A stretch of 64,000 nt of DNA, from assembly GCA_951406725.2 (NCBI GenBank), contig OX597832.1, positions 15,748,001 through 15,812,000 on the forward strand, given 5' to 3'. Made by a program: the position numbers and the translations under genes. How positions within the stretch are numbered: the stretch's first letter is position 1; the number at the start of each line of letters is the position of its first letter. Of the stretch, positions 58,473 through 64,000 are shown one piece after another. Source of the stretch: Octopus vulgaris (Eukaryota). Under the pieces are notes generated by a model, which was given only the letters and a program-made list of their open reading frames with translations, had not been told where the DNA came from and did not search any database.

Positions 58473-60945
58473 AACTATATATCTTTACTATATATCTTTA
58501 CTATATCTGTATTGCTACTTACATTATATATTGTATAATTTCGGACACACTCTCCATATGATATTTGAACATTTAAGACTTCCTTGGTATTCTGTATATA
58601 GTTCTGCAGTTATGCCAAAATTGAAGACGTTTCCCGAAAATAGTATTTATTTACTATCCATGCTGCTATTGTGAAAACAAGATTTATTCTTTTACGTATG
58701 TGTTTATTTTCGTGAGAAATGCATATATATTTTACGAACAATATAACACTACAGACATTTTTTTTCGGCACATCACAAATCTGTATATATATTCCTATGG
58801 ACACAAAGGTATTGGATATACCATTTATATTATTCACATCATTTGTAAAAATCTGTTTCGGAATCTTACTCAAGAAACCTCTTAAAGCAAAGTTTTGCTT
58901 CGTTTCTCATTTGTTCTATTTGCGACACAACTCTATGCATCTTTGCACTCAATGTGTTCGGTAAGTGAAATAGCTTCGCCCGGCATCCCTTATTGAATTA
59001 TGCACTAAAGAGCTTCCATCTGAAAGAAAAGAATATCGAAGCTATTGCTGTGCTTAATCGAGGCCGTATTTGTCACTCAAACTGTCAGAAACACTATACT
59101 ATATCATTCATATTCCTATTAGCTACGTGAAAGAGCGTCTCCCAGGAATCTTAATGGAAAACCAGGTTCGAGAAGTTGCAATATTTTACAAAATATACAT
59201 ATTTACTGAATGCTTTTTTTTTTCTCTTTACTTCGAAAATGGCACGGCATTCGGAGGCTCCAAATTGAAGAGCATATTTCCAGAATATTCTTTCTCACTT
59301 CTTTCAGTAACTTACGTATATACCATAAGCAAATTGACTGACAAGCACGTGCGAAGCTCTCATTATATCTGAGTTGATATTTACAACGTTCTTTTATATT
59401 TTCTAAGTGTTCGTTTCTACACGTGTTTCTCAAATAGTTCATTACTACGATATTTTCCGCCTCCATGTATTAAAAGCCCCACAAATACGCAAAATACTAC
59501 GCACACTTATTCCTATATTCCAGGAAGAAATAATACCTAATAATGCACTGATGTTTTTAAAGTGGTCTCCCTACACATGCATTAAAGCATGATATTTCTT
59601 ATTTATGTTGCTGAAATTTTCATTCACAAAACAAATTGATTTTGCTGATGTTAGTCATTTTAAATCTACTTTTAGAGCATTTCTAAAATGATAGGCATTA
59701 CCGTAAGTATACATATATGAAAATATGAATATAGATTCATGTGTACATATACATATATATATGTGGGTATATTTAATATATAAATATATATATATATGTG
59801 TGAGTGTGTGTGTGTATGTATATATCTCCGTTATAAGTCAGAAAGAGCATACTTTAAAATAAATAAAACGATTTCTTTTATTTTACTTCTATGTGTGTAA
59901 CCTAACAAATTCAGAGAAATACCATTGGTTTCATATCTAGTGTGAACTTGATATATTATCAGTTTCTTTAAAAAAAAATGTCTATTCTTGACAAAATATG
60001 TTTTTAAAAACAGAAGAACGTCGGTGATAGCTGAAGGAAAATTCACGTTACAAATTATGGCCGATCAAGGTTTCTCCCTCTGCTTCGAGCTATGTATACC
60101 AATTTAGAATTTAAAATTTCGGAAAATGTCGACAACACCCAGTGTCTTTCTTTCTGGATTATAGGTGGCTTCTTGTCTCAAATTAGTCCATTAGGATGAT
60201 ATACTCTCCCGCCATAAACAATTTAAATAGCGTCGTTCAATTGCGATGTGGTCTATGTGTTTCTAATAATTACCACCTGACGTTAAATGACGTATGATCA
60301 TCCTTTAAGAGTCATACATATACCGCGAATACCATTGCATTGCCTCTCATTGGCAACTTGAAATAAGGTCTGTGATTGTTTAGGCGAATTTACAATTTGG
60401 ATTCACAAGACGTAATGGTTCGCACCCGCCTACTCTCTAAACGTCCAGACAAACGCAGGTAAGAGTATTCTTAGGTTAATGGATAAGCATTTCCCACAAA
60501 TATAGGAGGATCTTTAACAGATATAATCTAAGGTTATCTTTCATTTCCGTACTCAATATTGCGAAAAAATTACTCAGCACTCCTACACCACGAAGAAGAA
60601 CTGGTTGTTCATGCAGTATTAGAAATTAATGCCCAGTGGAGGGCCGAAGTAACACCTCAAATAGAAGCAGCACAAATAACAGTAACAAAAATGCCTTCGC
60701 ATGGACACAAACTAAAATTTATGTCGGATTTTTTGAAGCCAAAGTTTAAATTCGCCTGAGCAACCATACATCTTTCAGTGTGCGGGAGAGACGCTATACA
60801 ACACACGCAGCATATGTATGGCACCTAAAGGAATAACTTAAATCGTTTAACATCAGGTGGAAACTCGTAGACCTTATCTCAATGGAACAAAGCAATGTAA
60901 ATTGTCTATGGTAGAAAGATATGTTGTCATAAACTCATATTAATG

Positions 60946-61004
<59 letters not shown>

Positions 61005-61069
61005 CTTATATACATATATATATATATATACATATATATACATATATATATATATGTATATATATATAA

Positions 61070-61204
61070 CACGTCAAATGTTCATATCGCACCATGAGGT
61101 AAAGCGGAGGGACAAAACATACGAGCAAAAATTATTGAATAATTTTTGCTTGTATGTTTTGTCCCTCCGGTTTACCTCATGGTGCGATATGAACATTTAA
61201 CGTG
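61070..61204. repeat. 135-bp near-perfect palindrome
   Basis: 67-bp arms 61070-61136 and 61138-61204, 1-nt spacer, 3 mismatches. Confidence 0.97.
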
Positions 61205-61353
61205 GTTCTATAGTCAGAGTTTCGACTGCTATTTCGACATGTTGGTGTCTTTTAGACACCCTCATTTTTATTGTTAAAAATGTTTTACCTTTGTAAGGTA
61301 TTTCTTTCATGCTGGCCACTTGATAATTTCGACACTTAAATATCGATATTATC

Positions 61354-61785
<432 letters not shown>

Positions 61786-61891
61786 TATATTAGAATTTTC
61801 TCTGACTTCTCAGATTTTTTTGTATGATAGACTACTGGTTTTAAATTGATATTAAAATTAATATTAATTTATCTCCCTCATTATTTAAATA

Positions 61892-61931
<40 letters not shown>

Positions 61932-62164
61932 CACACACATGGGGTTGGATTCGTAAATTGATTTTTCGACTACATAGTATAGTAGGGTATGTTCTGCACA
62001 TTGTATGATAAAATTAGCTGCATGACGCAATTGACTCTGCTAGAAATTTGGAAACGTTATGTTGTGCTGCATGGATTTTGCGCCAGCAGCCCCAATACGA
62101 CGAAGATTTCAGAGTTTTGGGGTTTTAATCTGAGGATAGGGCATTCTGCGGACATGTACCTGGA

Positions 62165-62660
62165 ATGATACAAATAAAACATCCAGCAACATCATACTGT
62201 TTGCCTTGATCACTAGTGATTGCGACGTTATGCTTCTATTCATCTTCGCACACGGTCACAGACTCAATACGGAGGTCTACTTCAAGTGCGTGGAAGAGTT
62301 CGTCCTGCCCTGTGTCAAGAGGGTGTCTGCTGAAAGACCTATGTCTGGTAACAGGATTCTACACCATGCCACTCTAACTGGAGAACAAGCCCATGACCGT
62401 CAGGCTATTTCTGTAACCACATCAACACTGACATTGGGTCACACTACTCCAAAGTTTGCAACCCCCTTGATTGTTATATGGGGTGCGGATTTGAGCGAGA
62501 GACCAACAAAACTCCCTGTAAAAATCAACGATGGACAGAAGACAAAGACTAAGGTCGTATTCACCAACTTAAACAAGTAGATCGTCTACAAGAACTTCTG
62601 GAGTTTCGAAGTCGTTAGGAGGCTGTGGTTGAAGCCAATGGTGATTTTCTTGAGTGAATT
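62165..62660 (+). mobile_element. maT/DD37D-like Tc1/mariner transposase fossil
   Basis: ITSDCDVMLLFIFAHGHRLNTEVYFKCVEEFVLPCVKRV.. followed by frameshifted YVW*QDSTPCH and CNPLD blocks. Confidence 0.85.
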
Positions 62661-64000
62661 TTTCACTTTGGTATTTCAAGAAATTTTTATCTAATTGTTG
62701 TTATCTATCTGTTAAAAGGAGGCGTCAGTGTTATTTTCATTTCTAACTAATTTAGATGACAGTCTATTCGCCTAAAATGCATGTGCGCGCTTGTGTGTTT
62801 GTGTTTATCTGTGTGAGCGTGTGTGGATGTTTGTGTGTGTGTGCGTGGGTGGTGGGAGCCGTAGTGCTTGTTTCATTGAATCTCATTGTAGTATCAAAAC
62901 CGTCCACTGTTAGAAATGCTGAAAAACTTTCACAAGTGGTGGCGACACGAAATGTACTAATGTACTTAACAGCATTTGATTTGCGGGCATTTATTTATTT
63001 ACATTAACGTCCATTTTTCATATTTATCGACATATCATGGTTTCAGAAGCAACATCCAAAATGCAATGTCTAGCGTCATGTATAATTGTCTGTAATGCTT
63101 ATTTAGATCACACTCTATATTATTGGAATTATTTCAGAGTTTTTTTTCTTTATTTTGGCCGCAAAAGCAACTGAAAATTTCAATGAGTTTTTTGTGCCTA
63201 CTGTTGTTTCCTATCAGAAAGCCGCAATCTTTCTTGGCAATGAATACCGAATATAAATTGGCGTGAAGCAGCAACGCTTTCTTTAAATATTTGCCATGGA
63301 GAAGACATTCAGTTTGATGCAATGAGAATGGTGATTTGGTACATTTTTATTAATTTGTAACTTGCAACGAGTAAGGTGCCAAGATTTTACTACTACTGCA
63401 AAACACTGTTTCATTCGTCTTGAAGTTTGTAAAATTTTTTTTTCCTTTCTTTGAGAAATGTCATACTTTTTAACTTATCAATTCTAAAATTACTGTCAGG
63501 TCACCATTTTTTGGTTTTATATTTCTATTTTCTGATGTTGCTTATCTCTGACGTGATTATATGTAAAAAAAATATATCTTCTTTGCGAACGAATCAATTT
63601 AATACGTTGTTATGGTTGAATAAATGTACGATGGAAGAAAATATGACAGGAAGATATTTCGAAACTATATTTGCTACCAGTGTTGAATTTATTACCATAG
63701 AATATATTAGGAATATTTATACGCTCTGTATTTTATTGTTATATTTCTTTCGTGTGAATACTTACACAACTGTTTACATATAACAAGTTATCTAAGGAAT
63801 TTAAAATACTACGAAATTTAAAATACTAGTTTGAAATGTTATATATCTTTAGCTGTCCCTAGGAAGACAAATATATATGTCTGCATGATTGTGAGTTCGC
63901 GCGCGCCTGTATGTGTTTGCATGTGAGTGTAACCATCAACACTGTGGCTAACGAGTTGTATATAATTTAAACGGCATGACTTCCACCTGAATTATAAAAT

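Noticed and set aside
58600-59600. Possible decayed piggyBac-like transposase on the minus strand
   Set aside because: Only faint motif echoes (PGRRSFT, ISALLGII), too weak to call without a profile search.

Overview
AT-rich eukaryotic non-coding DNA (intergenic or intronic), dense in (TA)n/(TG)n/(GATA)n/(TAA)n microsatellites and transposable-element debris. The SINE, LINE and microsatellite make-up is typical of an octopus (coleoid cephalopod) genome; this is an inference from recalled repeat families, not a database result. I found no host protein-coding exon, tRNA, rRNA or CRISPR array that I can support. The only long intact ORF is a 993-aa endonuclease plus reverse transcriptase ORF2 of a CR1-group LINE (52473-55454). 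The window also holds 5'-truncated CR1-group and RTE LINEs, several tRNA-derived SINE families, a decayed Helitron split by a SINE that itself contains an RTE, Tc1/mariner and maT-like fossils, a MITE and Penelope-like GIY-YIG fossils. The most interesting signals are: (i) at least four type I hammerhead-ribozyme motifs in short non-coding elements, one enclosed by 40-bp terminal inverted repeats next to a 135-bp near-perfect palindrome; (ii) a covarying 3' stem-loop shared by three LINE subfamilies and a composite SINE, suggesting a LINE-SINE partnership; (iii) repeated insertion of retroelements into (TA)n tracts. All alignments were made by eye, so boundaries are approximate.
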